In this document: one piece after another, positions 37,382 to 49,195 of the stretch
Position numbering within the stretch: position 1 is the first letter of the stretch
Layout: each line of letters starts with the position of its first letter
Origin: a bacterium
GTDB taxonomy: Bacteria; Patescibacteriota; Minisyncoccia; Phycocordibacterales; GWA1-40-21
Direction: 5' to 3'
Length of the DNA: 64,000 nucleotides
Assembly (NCBI GenBank): GCA_037131755.1
Contig: JBAXQJ010000004.1
Location: forward strand, 1,094-65,093
The notes under the pieces: generated by a model
What the model was told of the DNA's origin: nothing
Seen by the model: the letters and a program-made list of their open reading frames with translations, nothing else
The model's database searches: none
Made by a program: the position numbers and the translations under genes

Positions 37382-37654
37382 GGTATTAAAATTAAAGATT
37401 AAAAATCAAAACGTAAAATATTGAGTCCGCCCAAGCGAACAAATATCCTGAATTCCTCTCATCTGTAGACAGACAAAACGATCCAGAATCCATCTTCGTA
37501 ACTCTTAGCGTTAAAAAAACAGAGCTCTTTCAAGCTCCGAGTATATTAGCAGAGGACGATTCAGAAGTCAAGCAAAATAAAAGCGGTATTTATCTCGGAG
37601 CGAGGTACCTGCCCATAAGGAGCTCGACCACATCTCGTCCTACGTTGCCGATAA

Positions 37655-37684
37655 CAAAAACAACCCCCGAAGGGGTTGTTTTTG
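37655..37684. terminator. strong bidirectional intrinsic terminator hairpin inside the rplB-rpsS spacer
   Basis: caaaaacaacccc-cgaa-ggggttgtttttg, 13-bp stem with U-runs readable on both strands. Confidence 0.55.
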
Positions 37685-37791
37685 CTTAAAAATAAAAGCG
37701 GTATGAACCCTTATATTGCCTTCCTCGGCTCGGAAATGGAAAAGATTACTTTTTCATTTCGCTCGCTCTACGTCGGCAATAAGTTTTGAAA

Positions 37792-38643
37792 TTACTTCTC
37801 GTCCTTATTCTTTCCAACCTTTCGGCGGGAAACTATCAGATAATTGGAGTATTTCTTAGGAGTTCGTGACTTCTGACCCTTACCGACATGTCGGCCGGTC
37901 GCCGTCTTGGCATAACGCAAACCTCTACCCTGTCGCTGTTCACCTCCACCGTATGGGTGATCGACTGGGTTCATCACTGAGGCTCTCACGGTTGGCCTGA
38001 TACCTAACCAGCGAGAACGACCAGCTTTACCAATGTTCACCAATTTATTTTCATTGTTTGAAACTTCACCAACGCAAGCATAACAGCTTTCTGGGACCTT
38101 TCGGACTTCAGTTGAAGGCAGTTTCAGGTGGGTATAACCGGCATCGTTTGCAATGACCTGGACGAAGTTTCCTCCGGCTCGGCCAAGCTTGCCACCGTTT
38201 CCCGGCTTGAGCTCGACATTGTAAACAAAGGTACCGACACCGATCTTTTTGAGCGGCAAACGGTTACCAGGCTTGATTTCAGCATTTTCTGAGACGATGA
38301 AAGTATCTCCGACTTTGACTGATTTTGGCAAGACGACATAGCGTTTCTCGCCATCAGCATAAACCGCTAGGCCGATAAAGGCTGTTCGGTTTGGATCGTA
38401 CTCGACAGAGACGATCTTGGCTGGCACGTCGAACTTATCGTAAGTGAAATCCACTTCGCGCATCAAGCGCTTGTGTCCGCCACCTCGGCATTTCATCGTG
38501 ACGCGACCGTAATTGTTACGGCCAACGCTTCGCTTTCGTCCGAAAGTGAGGGCTTTGAGCGGTTCGTTGGTGGTGATCACCTGTCGGTAATCAATACCGG
38601 TCATCTGTCGTCGACTTGGACTTGTAGGATTGTATCTTTTCAT
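37792..38643 (-). CDS. rplB: 50S ribosomal protein L2
   Basis: 283 aa; matches L2. Confidence 0.9.
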   Translation of the reverse strand: MKRYNPTSPSRRQMTGIDYRQVITTNEPLKALTFGRKRSVGRNNYGRVTMKCRGGGHKRLMREVDFTYDKFDVPAKIVSVEYDPNRTAFIGLAVYADGEKRYVVLPKSVKVGDTFIVSENAEIKPGNRLPLKKIGVGTFVYNVELKPGNGGKLGRAGGNFVQVIANDAGYTHLKLPSTEVRKVPESCYACVGEVSNNENKLVNIGKAGRSRWLGIRPTVRASVMNPVDHPYGGGEQRQGRGLRYAKTATGRHVGKGQKSRTPKKYSNYLIVSRRKVGKNKDEK

Positions 38644-38653
38644 GGTAGTTGTA

Positions 38654-39019
38654 TTAGATAAATGCTATCTTATCCCCTTTCTTCAAGAAGACAACGGCTT
38701 TTTTGACGCCCGACATAGAACCTTTTTTGCCTTTGGCAAAAACTTTCTTGGAAGGTAATTTGGTTATATTCACCTTCACTGCATCAACTTTGTATAATTC
38801 TTTTATCGCCTTGGCGACAGTTTTCTTCGTCGCAACGGCGGTAATTTCGAAAGTGTAAACACCTTCGCTCTCAGCCTTGATCCCTGACTTTTCAGTAATT
38901 CTTGGCTTTTTGATGATCGCACCGGCATCAAAAGATCCGGAATTGATCACGCTAGGGCTATTCGTAGAAGCTTTCGCTTCTTTTGCAGCTCCTTTGTTTT
39001 TTTTCATTTCTGTTTTCAT
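38654..39019 (-). CDS. rplW: 50S ribosomal protein L23 (N-terminally extended)
   Basis: C-terminal 90 aa match L23; about 30-aa Lys/Ala-rich N-terminal extension. Confidence 0.8.
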   Translation of the reverse strand: MKTEMKKNKGAAKEAKASTNSPSVINSGSFDAGAIIKKPRITEKSGIKAESEGVYTFEITAVATKKTVAKAIKELYKVDAVKVNITKLPSKKVFAKGKKGSMSGVKKAVVFLKKGDKIAFI

Positions 39020-39146
39020 TAATGTATTTCTGGTAATTAGGGCGAGTTATTGTCTTTTTAGAGACTAGCGAGCGCGACGGCGCAAGCTCGAGGAAAAATT
39101 TAGCAAAATTTTATCCGTGCTCTAAAAAGATAATAACGAGCGACTT

Positions 39147-39884
39147 TTATTTAATCTTGTTAGCCAAGAATTTGACTGAATCAGCGGCGTTTTCGATAAT
39201 CAGATATTTATGATTCAAAACATCCAAAGTGTTGATATTTCTTGATTCATCAACAAAGATGTTACCGAAATTTCGGAAACTCTTTTCGACGGCCTTATCC
39301 TTTTTGGCGATGGCGATGTAAGCCGAGTTATTCTTCTTTGACAAAATATTCTCACAACCTGGAATCTTGGCAAAGTTTGAAAGAGTAGCAAGGGCGTCTT
39401 TCGTCTTTGGAGCAGCAAAGCTGATCTTGTCGACAAATATAACCTCGCCATCCTTGTATTTTCGAGACAAGATCGTGAAGAGAGCTTTCGCATTCATCTT
39501 CTTGTTGACCTTTCTTGAATAATCTTTGTCATTTCGAGGACCGTGAGCGACACCTCCACCCACCCAAATCGGTGATCGGGTTGAGCCGTGTCGAGCGCGT
39601 CCAAGGCCTTTCTGCTGCCATGGCTTCTTGCCTCCTCCGGAGACATCGCCGCGATTCTTGGTGTGGGCAATGTTGGCTCGCTTGTTGGACATAAGAGACA
39701 CCACTACCTGATGAACCAAGTCGGCATTCCAAGGCAACGCGAAAATCGATTCTGGCAATTTGATGGTATCCACGGCCTTGCCTTTCTGGTCATAAATTTT
39801 TGAATCCAAAGAGATTTCCGTCTTTTTAGCGGCGGCTTTCTCTTTTCTTGGAGTCTTGATCTTTTTTAGTATTTTTTCTGTCAT
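39147..39884 (-). CDS. rplD: 50S ribosomal protein L4
   Basis: 245 aa; matches L4. Confidence 0.85.
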   Translation of the reverse strand: MTEKILKKIKTPRKEKAAAKKTEISLDSKIYDQKGKAVDTIKLPESIFALPWNADLVHQVVVSLMSNKRANIAHTKNRGDVSGGGKKPWQQKGLGRARHGSTRSPIWVGGGVAHGPRNDKDYSRKVNKKMNAKALFTILSRKYKDGEVIFVDKISFAAPKTKDALATLSNFAKIPGCENILSKKNNSAYIAIAKKDKAVEKSFRNFGNIFVDESRNINTLDVLNHKYLIIENAADSVKFLANKIK

Positions 39885-39888
39885 GGTT

Positions 39889-40506
39889 TTATCCGATTAT
39901 TTCCAACAAGGTTCCTCTTCGACCGGCGACGGCGCCAGAGATGAGAAGTTCGTTGGTGGCTGAATCAATTTGCACGACCTTTAGACCTTTCATGGTAATC
40001 ATATCCGAACCCATTCGGCCGGCCATGCGCATGCCCACTGGCACTTTGTTTCGCAAACCGCCACCGATGGAACCTGGGGCTCTTTCACAGTGCTTCTGAC
40101 CATGGCTTCGTGGCTGACCAGCAAAACCGTGGCGCTTGATAACACCCTGAAAACCCTTACCTTTGGAAATCGATGAAACGCAGATATTGTCCCCTTCTTT
40201 AAAAACAGACAAATCCACCTTGTCTCCAACTTTCAAATCCATTTTGTCTTTCGCATCAAAAAATCTGAATTCTTTGATGAAGCGGAAATTGCCATTGTTT
40301 TTGCAGTGGCCTTTGACCGCTTTGCTGATGTTCTTTTCCTTTTTTACGCCAAAGCCAACCTGAATGGCATCATAACCATCAGATTCTTTGGTCTTAACTT
40401 GAGTCACGACAACCGGTCCGGCATCCACCACAGTAACGGGGACGACGTTTCCTTTATCATCGAAAACCTGAGTCATATTCTTTTTTACTCCCAGTATGAA
40501 TTTCAT
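39889..40506 (-). CDS. rplC: 50S ribosomal protein L3
   Basis: 205 aa; matches L3. Confidence 0.9.
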   Translation of the reverse strand: MKFILGVKKNMTQVFDDKGNVVPVTVVDAGPVVVTQVKTKESDGYDAIQVGFGVKKEKNISKAVKGHCKNNGNFRFIKEFRFFDAKDKMDLKVGDKVDLSVFKEGDNICVSSISKGKGFQGVIKRHGFAGQPRSHGQKHCERAPGSIGGGLRNKVPVGMRMAGRMGSDMITMKGLKVVQIDSATNELLISGAVAGRRGTLLEIIG

Positions 40507-40514
40507 GGTATTCT

Positions 40515-40883
40515 TTAAATCATTTTCACATCTATGTTCACACCTGATGGCAAACTTAGATTGGTCAAGGCTTCGATAACCTTTGCCGATGGATTAATAA
40601 TATCGATCAATCGCTTGTGCACTCTCATCTCAAACTGTTCTCGCGCATTTTTATAGACGAAAGAAGCTCTGTTGACTGTATACTTTTTAATCTCTGTTGG
40701 CAGAGGTATTGGTCCCAGGACTTTAACGTCAAACCGCAAGGCAGTATCGATGATTTGTCGCACAGACGCATCAAGGATCTTGCTGTCATAAGCGCGAACG
40801 CGAATTCGGAGTTTTGATCCGGCATCTTTGGCGGCGGCGCTTTTAGCAGTCTTTTTAACGATCTTTTTAGTAGTTTTTTCCAT
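40515..40883 (-). CDS. rpsJ: 30S ribosomal protein S10 (N-terminally extended)
   Basis: C-terminal 100 aa match S10 (LRIRVRAYDSKILD...). Confidence 0.85.
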   Translation of the reverse strand: MEKTTKKIVKKTAKSAAAKDAGSKLRIRVRAYDSKILDASVRQIIDTALRFDVKVLGPIPLPTEIKKYTVNRASFVYKNAREQFEMRVHKRLIDIINPSAKVIEALTNLSLPSGVNIDVKMI

Positions 40884-40884
40884 A

Positions 40885-40916
40885 TTTAGCTTATTAGCTT
40901 TTTAGCTTATTAGCTT
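40885..40916. repeat. 16-bp tandem direct repeat tttagcttattagctt x2 immediately upstream of rpsJ
   Basis: Perfect tandem duplication in the promoter/leader region. Confidence 0.5.
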
Positions 40917-41043
40917 GTGGCCTCTTAGGCGGATTTTTATGTCCGGCCTAAAAAGCCAAGAAGCTACTTCCCTAAAAGCTGCAGAAACCCGATCCGACGA
41001 GGGACGTACCTCTTCTGGACCAGTTTCCGCTATTTAATATTTA

Positions 41044-42237
<1,194 letters not shown>

Positions 42238-42563
42238 ATTTTTATGGGCCGACTTTACTTGCTTAAGCGGAGCGCGCGAGAACGTTGGCTCTGCCTATTC
42301 AACTAAAGCGACTAAAAATTATTTTGCCTTCCATTTTACAATGGAGAGCGATTAATAAATCGACTTATAATGGTGTAAATTAATTTACACAGCGAAATCC
42401 GCCCGCTCGAACATATACCAGTTCATCAGCGAGAAAATTACGGTTTGGTAATATTAACAAATTAAGAAAAAATGTCAAATACAGCGCTTCGGCCCTGGTC
42501 AGGCAGTCTCCTCCCCCGCCCACGATTATCATAGAAAGGTTCGAACTGGGTAATTTAATAAAC

Positions 42564-42600
42564 AAAATAGCGGGTTTGGCTACGCCAAACCCGCTATTTT
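42564..42600 (-). terminator. rho-independent terminator downstream of fusA
   Basis: aaaatagcgggtttggc-tac-gccaaacccgctatttt, 17-bp stem with U-run on the minus strand. Confidence 0.55.
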
Positions 42601-42615
42601 AAAATTATAAAATCT

Positions 42616-44757
42616 CTATTTTCTCGCTTCCGCTATCTCCTTGGCGACGTTAGGCGGTACAATATCATAGTGATCAAACTCCATGTTTACGGAGGCACGG
42701 CCCTCAGTCATCGAACGCAAGGTCGTAATATAACCGAACATTTCTGACAACGGAACCTTGGCATCAATCACTTTATTCATACCGCGTTCACCCATTTCTT
42801 CAATCACCCCTCGCTTGGAGTTTAGATGGCCAGCGACATCACCCATGAATTTCTCTGGGACAACGACTTCAACCTTCATGATCGGTTCCAAAATAACCGG
42901 TCGAGCACGCTTGGCAGCGTCTTGGAAAGCCTGTGACGCAGCGATCTTGTAGGCGATTTCTGACGAATCCACGTCGTGGTACGAACCGAACAAAAGTTCG
43001 ACGGAAATATCCACCATTTTGTAACCAGCCGACACACCGCGCTCCATTCCTTCGACAACACCCTTTTCGACAGCTGGGATGAATTCCTGAGGAATAACAC
43101 CACCCTTGATCGAATCGATGAATTCAAAACCGTCAACCCGGTGAACGTTCTTGGGGATTTTCTCGCCTTCAACCAATTTCTCCAAAGGCTTGATTTTCAA
43201 TTTGACGTGACCGTACTGACCCTTACCTCCAGACTGCTTGATGTATTTGTATTCAGCTTCCGCTTCGCCGGTAATGGTTTCCTTGTAGGCCACTTGTGGC
43301 TTGCCAACGTTGGCTTCCACACCGAATTCTCGCTTCATACGATCAACGAGAATTTCCAAGTGCAATTCACCCATACCTTTGATCACCGTCTCGCCAGTAT
43401 CACCATCGGAGACAATTTTGAAAGTTGGATCTTCATCAGAAAGTTTCTTCAAAGCCATACCCATCTTTTCCTGATCAGCCTTAGTCTTTGGCTCGATTTT
43501 CAAGGAAATAACAGGTTCTGGGAAGACAATCTGATCAAGAATGATTGGATTTTCTTCATCGCAGAAAGTATGAGAGGTCTTGGCATCTTTCAAACCGACA
43601 GCCGCCGCGATTTCTCCGGCATAGACGATCTCCACTTCTTCTCGCTTGTCTGCCTGCATTCGCACGATACGGCCAAGCCTTTCTTTCTTGCCGGTCGTTG
43701 AGTTGTAAATATAGATTCCTGGGGTAACAGAACCTGAGTAGACTCGGAAATAGGTCAGCTGTCCGACGAATGGGTCAGTCTGCAACTTGAAAGCCAGGGC
43801 TGCAAACGGCTCTTCGTTTGAAGCATGTCGGAACACTTCCTCTCCCGTATTTGGATTGATACCTTTGACCGGAGGAATATCGGTTGGCGCTGGCAAATAA
43901 TCCACCACGGCATCCAAAACCAATTGAACACCCTTATTCTTCAAGGCGGAACCAGTCATAACCGGGACCAAAGTATTGGCAATGGTCGCCTTTCGCAAAA
44001 TCGTTTTCAAAGTCTCGATTGGGATTTCTTTACCATCCAGATAGTCAGCCATCGCTGCTTCATCTTGCTCCACGATCTTTTCAACGGTTTCCGCTCGGTA
44101 TTTCTTGGCCTTTTCCAAATATTCGGCTGGGATTTCCTTTTCAACCAAAACATTACCCATATCACCCTCAAAATAGACAGCCTTCATTTTCAGCAAGTCG
44201 ATGACCGCTTCAAAAGCGTCCTCCTCGCCGATCGGGATCTGCATTCGGATGGCATTCTTGGTCAAACGGCTCAAAATAGACTGGTATGATCGCTCAAAAG
44301 AACCGCCGGTTCGATCGAGTTTGTTGATGAAACAGATTCGAGGCACTTTTCCGTCATCCGCATAGCGCCAGTTGGTTTCTGACTGCGGTTCCACGCCGGC
44401 CACGCCGTCAAACACCACCACAGCACCATCGAGCACACGAAGAGAACGCTTCACCTCGGCGGTAAAGTCGATGTGTCCAGGAGTATCGATGATGTTGAAC
44501 ATCACCTTTCGGCTGATATCCTTGCCCATATAGGATGGGTTCCAAAAACACGTGATGGCCGCCGAGCAGATAGTGATTCCTCTCTCTCGTTCCTGTTCCA
44601 TCCAGTCGGTGGTCGTCTCACCATCGTGCACTTCACCGATTTTGTGCGACTGTCCGGTATAATACAAAATACGTTCAGACGTCGTTGTCTTACCAGCATC
44701 GATGTGGGCGATGATTCCGAAATTTCGAACTTTTTCTAGAGGATATAGGCGTGCCAT
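42616..44757 (-). CDS. fusA: elongation factor G
   Basis: 713 aa; [14 protein letters not shown], domains II-V. Confidence 0.95.
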   Translation of the reverse strand: MARLYPLEKVRNFGIIAHIDAGKTTTSERILYYTGQSHKIGEVHDGETTTDWMEQERERGITICSAAITCFWNPSYMGKDISRKVMFNIIDTPGHIDFTAEVKRSLRVLDGAVVVFDGVAGVEPQSETNWRYADDGKVPRICFINKLDRTGGSFERSYQSILSRLTKNAIRMQIPIGEEDAFEAVIDLLKMKAVYFEGDMGNVLVEKEIPAEYLEKAKKYRAETVEKIVEQDEAAMADYLDGKEIPIETLKTILRKATIANTLVPVMTGSALKNKGVQLVLDAVVDYLPAPTDIPPVKGINPNTGEEVFRHASNEEPFAALAFKLQTDPFVGQLTYFRVYSGSVTPGIYIYNSTTGKKERLGRIVRMQADKREEVEIVYAGEIAAAVGLKDAKTSHTFCDEENPIILDQIVFPEPVISLKIEPKTKADQEKMGMALKKLSDEDPTFKIVSDGDTGETVIKGMGELHLEILVDRMKREFGVEANVGKPQVAYKETITGEAEAEYKYIKQSGGKGQYGHVKLKIKPLEKLVEGEKIPKNVHRVDGFEFIDSIKGGVIPQEFIPAVEKGVVEGMERGVSAGYKMVDISVELLFGSYHDVDSSEIAYKIAASQAFQDAAKRARPVILEPIMKVEVVVPEKFMGDVAGHLNSKRGVIEEMGERGMNKVIDAKVPLSEMFGYITTLRSMTEGRASVNMEFDHYDIVPPNVAKEIAEARK

Positions 44758-44837
44758 ATAATAAAATTGTTAATATAAATAAAACCAGGTTTAATTGGTG
44801 ACTGTAGGATACATTAAAAATAAGTAAAAAGCAAACA

Positions 44838-44866
44838 AATAACCGTCCGAGGACGGTTATTTGTTA
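44838..44866. other. stem-loop between rpsG and fusA (possible attenuator/terminator)
   Basis: aaataaccgtc-cgag-gacggttattt. Confidence 0.4.
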
Positions 44867-44870
44867 AGAC

Positions 44871-45053
44871 GAGAGCGAGGTTTCTTGTTTTACGTGTTAG
44901 CGGAGCTGGTTTAGGAAATCAACGAGCTTTTTAGAAAAATCAAACTGTTTGAGGAATATTCTGATATGACGAGTTTTTGATTTTTCGTGAAGAAAAGCGA
45001 CTTGATTTTCAAACTGGCGCAGCGCGGAAAGCAAAACAAGAAACCGAGCGTCC
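44871..45053. repeat. MITE/ERIC-like intergenic repeat, copy 2 (flanked by 13-bp inverted repeats ggtttcttgtttt / aaaacaagaaacc)
   Basis: Core 44892-45025 aligns base-for-base with 32469-32602, including gatatgacgagtttttgatttttcg and ctggcgcagcgc. Confidence 0.7.
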
Positions 45054-45054
45054 T

Positions 45055-45525
45055 TTACCAGGCAAAGTGAGCAAAAGCCTTGTTGGCTTCGGCCATTTTG
45101 TGGGTATTTTCTCGCTTGCGGACAGCTTCACCTTCGTTTTTAGAAGCGGCAATGATTTCATCGGCCAATTTCTTGGCGATTGGCGCACCCTTCTTGCCTC
45201 GAGCAGCTTCGATAATCCATTTCATGGAGACGGCTTGTCGTCGTTCTGGTCGAACCTCGACTGGCACCTGATAGTTGGCACCACCGACTCGCTTGGATCG
45301 CACCTCCACGTTTGGAGCGGTATTAGACAAAGCTAATTCAAAGGTTTCCAAAGGGTTGGAAGTCTTGGTCTTTTCTTTGATCTCGTCAAAAGCACCGTAA
45401 ACAATCTTGGTGGCAATGCTTTTCTCGCCGGCCAACATCATATAATTGATGAACTTGGCGACTTTAGGTGAATTGTACTTAAGATCTGGCTGTATGTCTT
45501 TCTTTGTTTTTAGTTTTCTTCGCAT
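45055..45525 (-). CDS. rpsG: 30S ribosomal protein S7
   Basis: 156 aa; matches S7. Confidence 0.9.
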   Translation of the reverse strand: MRRKLKTKKDIQPDLKYNSPKVAKFINYMMLAGEKSIATKIVYGAFDEIKEKTKTSNPLETFELALSNTAPNVEVRSKRVGGANYQVPVEVRPERRQAVSMKWIIEAARGKKGAPIAKKLADEIIAASKNEGEAVRKRENTHKMAEANKAFAHFAW

Positions 45526-45540
45526 TGTTTTGTATATAGT

Positions 45541-45600
45541 AGTTCGTAGATTGTAGAGAGTATTTCTATATACTATCTACAATATACTGTCTACAAATTA
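45541..45600 (-). promoter_or_regulatory. GTAGATTGTAG-family motif between rpsL and rpsG
   Basis: Minus-strand reading ttgtagacagtatattgtagatagtata...ctctacaatctacgaact. Confidence 0.35.
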
Positions 45601-46014
45601 TTTTGCGGCCTTTGGTTTCTTGGCACCATACTGGCTGCGACCTTTCATTCTCTTCTCTACCCCGCCGGCATCAAGCACGCCACGGACGATTTGATAACGC
45701 AAACCGACATCTTTTACACGACCGCCTCGGAGCATAACCACGGAGTGTTCCTGCAAATTGTGTCCCATACCGGGGATATAAGCGGTGACTTCCAAACCAT
45801 TGGTAAGCTTGACACGAGCGATCTTTCGGATAGCGGAGTTAGGCTTCTTCGGGGTCTTGGTCGTCACTTTTGTACAAACGCCTCGTTTAAACGGAGCATT
45901 ATAAAAAGTCGGTCGGTTTTCCAAACGATTGAATCCTTTGGTCAAAGCCACAGACTTTGGCTTTCGCGCCACCTTTCGGCGATTCTTTTTGATTAACTGA
46001 TTGATTGTTGGCAT
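45598..46014 (-). CDS. rpsL: 30S ribosomal protein S12
   Basis: 138 aa; matches S12, which includes the PKKPNSA motif. Confidence 0.9.
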   Translation of the reverse strand: MPTINQLIKKNRRKVARKPKSVALTKGFNRLENRPTFYNAPFKRGVCTKVTTKTPKKPNSAIRKIARVKLTNGLEVTAYIPGMGHNLQEHSVVMLRGGRVKDVGLRYQIVRGVLDAGGVEKRMKGRSQYGAKKPKAAK

Positions 46015-46300
46015 AAATGATTTTTAAAGAGTGAAACGATTATAAAAATCTTTACCCTGTCAAATACCGCTTCACGGTAATCCGCCCTGGGCGGATTATT
46101 TGACGGGGTTGAAAATATATTCGTCAAGCTCATTATTTTCTAATAAATCTCAAACAAAACCACAGAAGTCTTTAAACTTCTGCAACTCGTTTAAATTCAA
46201 CTCATAAAGCGACAAAATCGCTTAGAAACGCAGGCATACAGCCAAGTAGCTAACGTTGCCGAGCACTATAGCATAGGTTTTGGCCAAATGTAAAGCTCGG

Positions 46301-46906
46301 TTAAACCAGTAACTTAAACAGCCACCCCACGACCACACCGACAATCGAGCTAAAAAACAAAATGAAAGCGATCAGGACGATAAAACCATACTTTTCGATT
46401 GATTGCATAAAACGCTCATAACGATAAGGGATAAATGACATCAAGATTTTTGATCCGTCCAAGGGCGGGATCGGCACGAGATTGAAGACAGCCAAGACTA
46501 GGTTGATCATTATGATATAGCCAATCAGACTGACCGTCTCGACAGAAAGACCGAAAGCAAGGCCAAAACGCAAGATAATCGCAAATGCAACGGCGATCAA
46601 AAAGTTGGTAGCAATACCGGCAATTGACACCATAAACTCCCCAACCCGGCGATTTCTCAGATTATAAGGATTATACGGTACTGGCTTGGCCCAGCCAAAA
46701 ACAAAACCGGCATTGGTGGCAATCAGAATAAAAGGGACCAGGACAGAACCAAACCAATCGATATGCTTTAAGGGGTTCAAGGTCAGACGCCCTTGGTATT
46801 TGGCCGTCGAATCGCCAAAGGCATAGGCCATCGCTCCATGAGCGACTTCGTGAGCCATCACAGAGACAATTAAAATTGCGATTTGAAAGAAAATATTTAT
46901 ATCCAT
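46301..46906 (-). CDS. M50 family (site-2 protease-like) membrane metalloprotease
   Basis: 201 aa; HEVAHG HExxH in the first TM helix; multiple TM helices. Confidence 0.7.
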   Translation of the reverse strand: MDINIFFQIAILIVSVMAHEVAHGAMAYAFGDSTAKYQGRLTLNPLKHIDWFGSVLVPFILIATNAGFVFGWAKPVPYNPYNLRNRRVGEFMVSIAGIATNFLIAVAFAIILRFGLAFGLSVETVSLIGYIIMINLVLAVFNLVPIPPLDGSKILMSFIPYRYERFMQSIEKYGFIVLIAFILFFSSIVGVVVGWLFKLLV

Positions 46907-47029
46907 TTTTATGTTTTAGATTTAAGGTCTTGCTTTTTTGAAATTATATGATAGCATACGGGGACGTAAAACATAAGTCTTTGACGGTATTATTAATTTG
47001 ACTTAGTCGTTATTCGTTAAATAAATCCC

Positions 47030-47275
47030 ATGGCAAAAGTTTGTGCAATAACAAGAAAAAGTTCACTCGTCGGCGGCGGCTATTCAAACCGAACCCGTGC
47101 CACCAAATTCAACCCGACCGGTAAGGTTCGAAAATATGTCAATCTTCAGAAAAAGAAGGTTTTTGTACCAGAACTGAACAAGTCATTCAACCTCGTCATT
47201 TCCACTCGCGCGATCAAGACTATCCAGAAAAACGGCGCTTATGCGACTTTGAAAAAAGCAGGGGTGATCAAATAA
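47030..47275 (+). CDS. rpmB: 50S ribosomal protein L28
   Basis: MAKVCAITRKSSLVGGGYSNRTRATK... matches L28. Confidence 0.85.
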   Translation: MAKVCAITRKSSLVGGGYSNRTRATKFNPTGKVRKYVNLQKKKVFVPELNKSFNLVISTRAIKTIQKNGAYATLKKAGVIK

Positions 47276-47290
47276 GATAAGATTCAAACA

Positions 47291-47330
47291 AAACAGGCGG
47301 GTCGCTTCGCGACCCGCCTGTTTTGTTTTT
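47291..47330 (+). terminator. rho-independent terminator after rpmB
   Basis: aaacaggcgggtcgc-ttc-gcgacccgcctgttt followed by TGTTTTT. Confidence 0.7.
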
Positions 47331-47337
47331 ATATATA

Positions 47338-47367
47338 AAAACAAGGGCGACCCAGTGAGTCGCCCTT
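47338..47367 (-). terminator. rho-independent terminator for the convergent minus-strand gene
   Basis: aagggcgac-ccagtga-gtcgccctt with U-run on the minus strand. Confidence 0.55.
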
Positions 47368-47389
47368 TCAATATCAAACCGTCAAAAGA

Positions 47390-47932
47390 TCATCCAACCT
47401 TGGGAAGACGCGACATATCCGGTCGCGGTCCGTACTTCTTCGGAGGGGCTTCCTTGGGTTCAACCTTGGTTTGCCGGCCAAGCAGTTTGTCCGCTTCGAC
47501 CACGCTCCGCTTCAAAACCTTCAAGGTCTGGAGTTCGGTCACGAACGATTCCTTGGGCTTGCCGCCCTTGAGATCTTCCGGCTGGACCGAAGCATAAAGC
47601 AAGCCGCCGATCCGTTCCGAGATGGCAACCACCACTCCCTCCTGGCCAGACACGACATCCTTGGCGCGATCGCCGAGCTTGGCACCGTCGGGAACAGCCA
47701 AAGGTTTGGCCGGCGACGAAACTTTTCCGCGCGTACAGACCAGTAGCTGGGCTTCATCGAAAGTCTGCGTTGAATCTTCAACCTTGAGATCGCCGGCGAG
47801 CGGAGTCTGTACTCCGACGCGCACGCATCCCAACAGGTGTTCGGCCCGAAAGACGACAATACCCCGGAAACCCGTGATAATGTCTTTCACTTCATCGCCC
47901 GGACGCACCAAGACAGGTTCAAACTTACTCAT
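47390..47932 (-). CDS. hypothetical protein with two KOW-like motifs
   Basis: 180 aa; VRPGDEVKDIITGFRGIVV and AKLGDRAKDVVSGQEGVVVA resemble tandem KOW/SH3-like elements; Lys/Pro-rich C-terminus. Confidence 0.5.
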   Translation of the reverse strand: MSKFEPVLVRPGDEVKDIITGFRGIVVFRAEHLLGCVRVGVQTPLAGDLKVEDSTQTFDEAQLLVCTRGKVSSPAKPLAVPDGAKLGDRAKDVVSGQEGVVVAISERIGGLLYASVQPEDLKGGKPKESFVTELQTLKVLKRSVVEADKLLGRQTKVEPKEAPPKKYGPRPDMSRLPKVG

Positions 47933-48007
47933 CAGTCCTCCTTTTTGTATTTACCATACTTATCCAAGCGCTCGCCTAGATTTCGGAATTATTATACTCA
48001 GTAAAAT

Positions 48008-48913
48008 CTAAATGTCAAGACTGACCTTAATTCCGTCGGATTGAAATCTGACCATTCCCCCATTCATCGTCTCTAAGACGTTATCCTTGAATTTATTAAA
48101 CATGTCCAGAACTTCTTTGTTGGGGTGACCGTATTTATTATTCAAGCCGGCCGAGACGACAGCATACATCGGCGAGACATAGCCAACGAACAATTCCGAG
48201 TTGGAACTTTTCGACCCATGGTGGCCGGCTTTGTAAACGTCGCTATCAAGCAAGTTTCCGTATTTCGAAACCAGATATTTTTCAACGGCGATTGGCGAAT
48301 CACCAGTAAACAAAAAAGAGTTCTTGCCGTAGACCAGCTTGCCGACAATCGATGAGGTGTTTGTCTCCCAGTGAGCAGCGTCTTTGTCCGGAAACAAGAT
48401 TTCAAAGTCGGCGCCACCACCCAAAGAAATATCTTCTGGCCGATCGATTATTTCTTCTTTGATTTTCTTATCTTCAACAATCTTCATTAGTTCCCGATAA
48501 ACCGCCGAACTTGAAGTAGCGCCGGTATGGACGAATAAGCCCACCGAATACCGATTCAATACTGAAACGAGCCCGGCAATATGGTCTTGGTCAGGATGGG
48601 TTGCCACAACCACATCAATTGACCGATCGTAAAACGGCATCACTTTGCCCAATTCTGCGAGCACGCTGTTATCAGGGCCGCCGTCGATCAGCATTTGCCT
48701 TGCACTAGGAGAACTAATAAAAATCGCATCCCCCTGCCCGATGTCCAAAAATGATACCCGCAGCAAAGAATCGCTCTTTTGGTAAACGGCATAGAAAATA
48801 AGCGAATTGATGATCAGTATTCCCAGAAGGGAAAATAATTTCAGTTTGGATATTTTCACCAAATAATAATAACATAATCTCCCGACAGCCACGCCGATAT
48901 TTGACACATACAA
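48008..48913 (-). CDS. ComEC/Rec2-type metallo-beta-lactamase domain protein (stand-alone, membrane-anchored)
   Basis: 301 aa; N-terminal TM helix; GQGDAIFI...ATHPDQDHIAGL MBL motifs typical of the ComEC C-terminal domain. Confidence 0.65.
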   Translation of the reverse strand: MYVSNIGVAVGRLCYYYLVKISKLKLFSLLGILIINSLIFYAVYQKSDSLLRVSFLDIGQGDAIFISSPSARQMLIDGGPDNSVLAELGKVMPFYDRSIDVVVATHPDQDHIAGLVSVLNRYSVGLFVHTGATSSSAVYRELMKIVEDKKIKEEIIDRPEDISLGGGADFEILFPDKDAAHWETNTSSIVGKLVYGKNSFLFTGDSPIAVEKYLVSKYGNLLDSDVYKAGHHGSKSSNSELFVGYVSPMYAVVSAGLNNKYGHPNKEVLDMFNKFKDNVLETMNGGMVRFQSDGIKVSLDI

Positions 48914-48956
48914 TTATGTATGATAATGTGTTTCCAAACAAACCAAGGAGATCATT

Positions 48957-49178
48957 GTGAAGAAAAGGACAGCCAAAGATATTGTGAAGGAAAATGTCGA
49001 CGCTTGGGGCGAAGGGAAACCGCGCTACCAGATCGACATCGACGACCTGAGAATTCTGCTCGCCGATCCGAACAGTACCAAAGTCTGCATCGACCACGAC
49101 AACGGCGACGGCACTTACTTTTCGGAAGTGCAGAACAGCGGACGGTTCTTTGCTTGTTCCTCCAAGGAACAGGTTTGA
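48957..49178 (+). CDS. hypothetical small protein
   Basis: 73 aa; GTG start 6 nt after AAGGAG RBS; followed by an intrinsic terminator. Confidence 0.5.
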   Translation: MKKRTAKDIVKENVDAWGEGKPRYQIDIDDLRILLADPNSTKVCIDHDNGDGTYFSEVQNSGRFFACSSKEQV

Positions 49179-49195
49179 AACAAAAAAACAAAACA

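Noticed and set aside
42976-44289. 241-aa and 154-aa plus-strand ORFs opposite fusA
   Set aside because: They are antisense to EF-G, a highly conserved gene. Long antisense ORFs are expected by chance in a sequence of this composition.
46080-46100. Terminator hairpin aatccgccctgggcggatt downstream of the M50 protease gene
   Set aside because: The hairpin is real, but the following sequence on the minus strand is not U-rich. It was not scored as a terminator.
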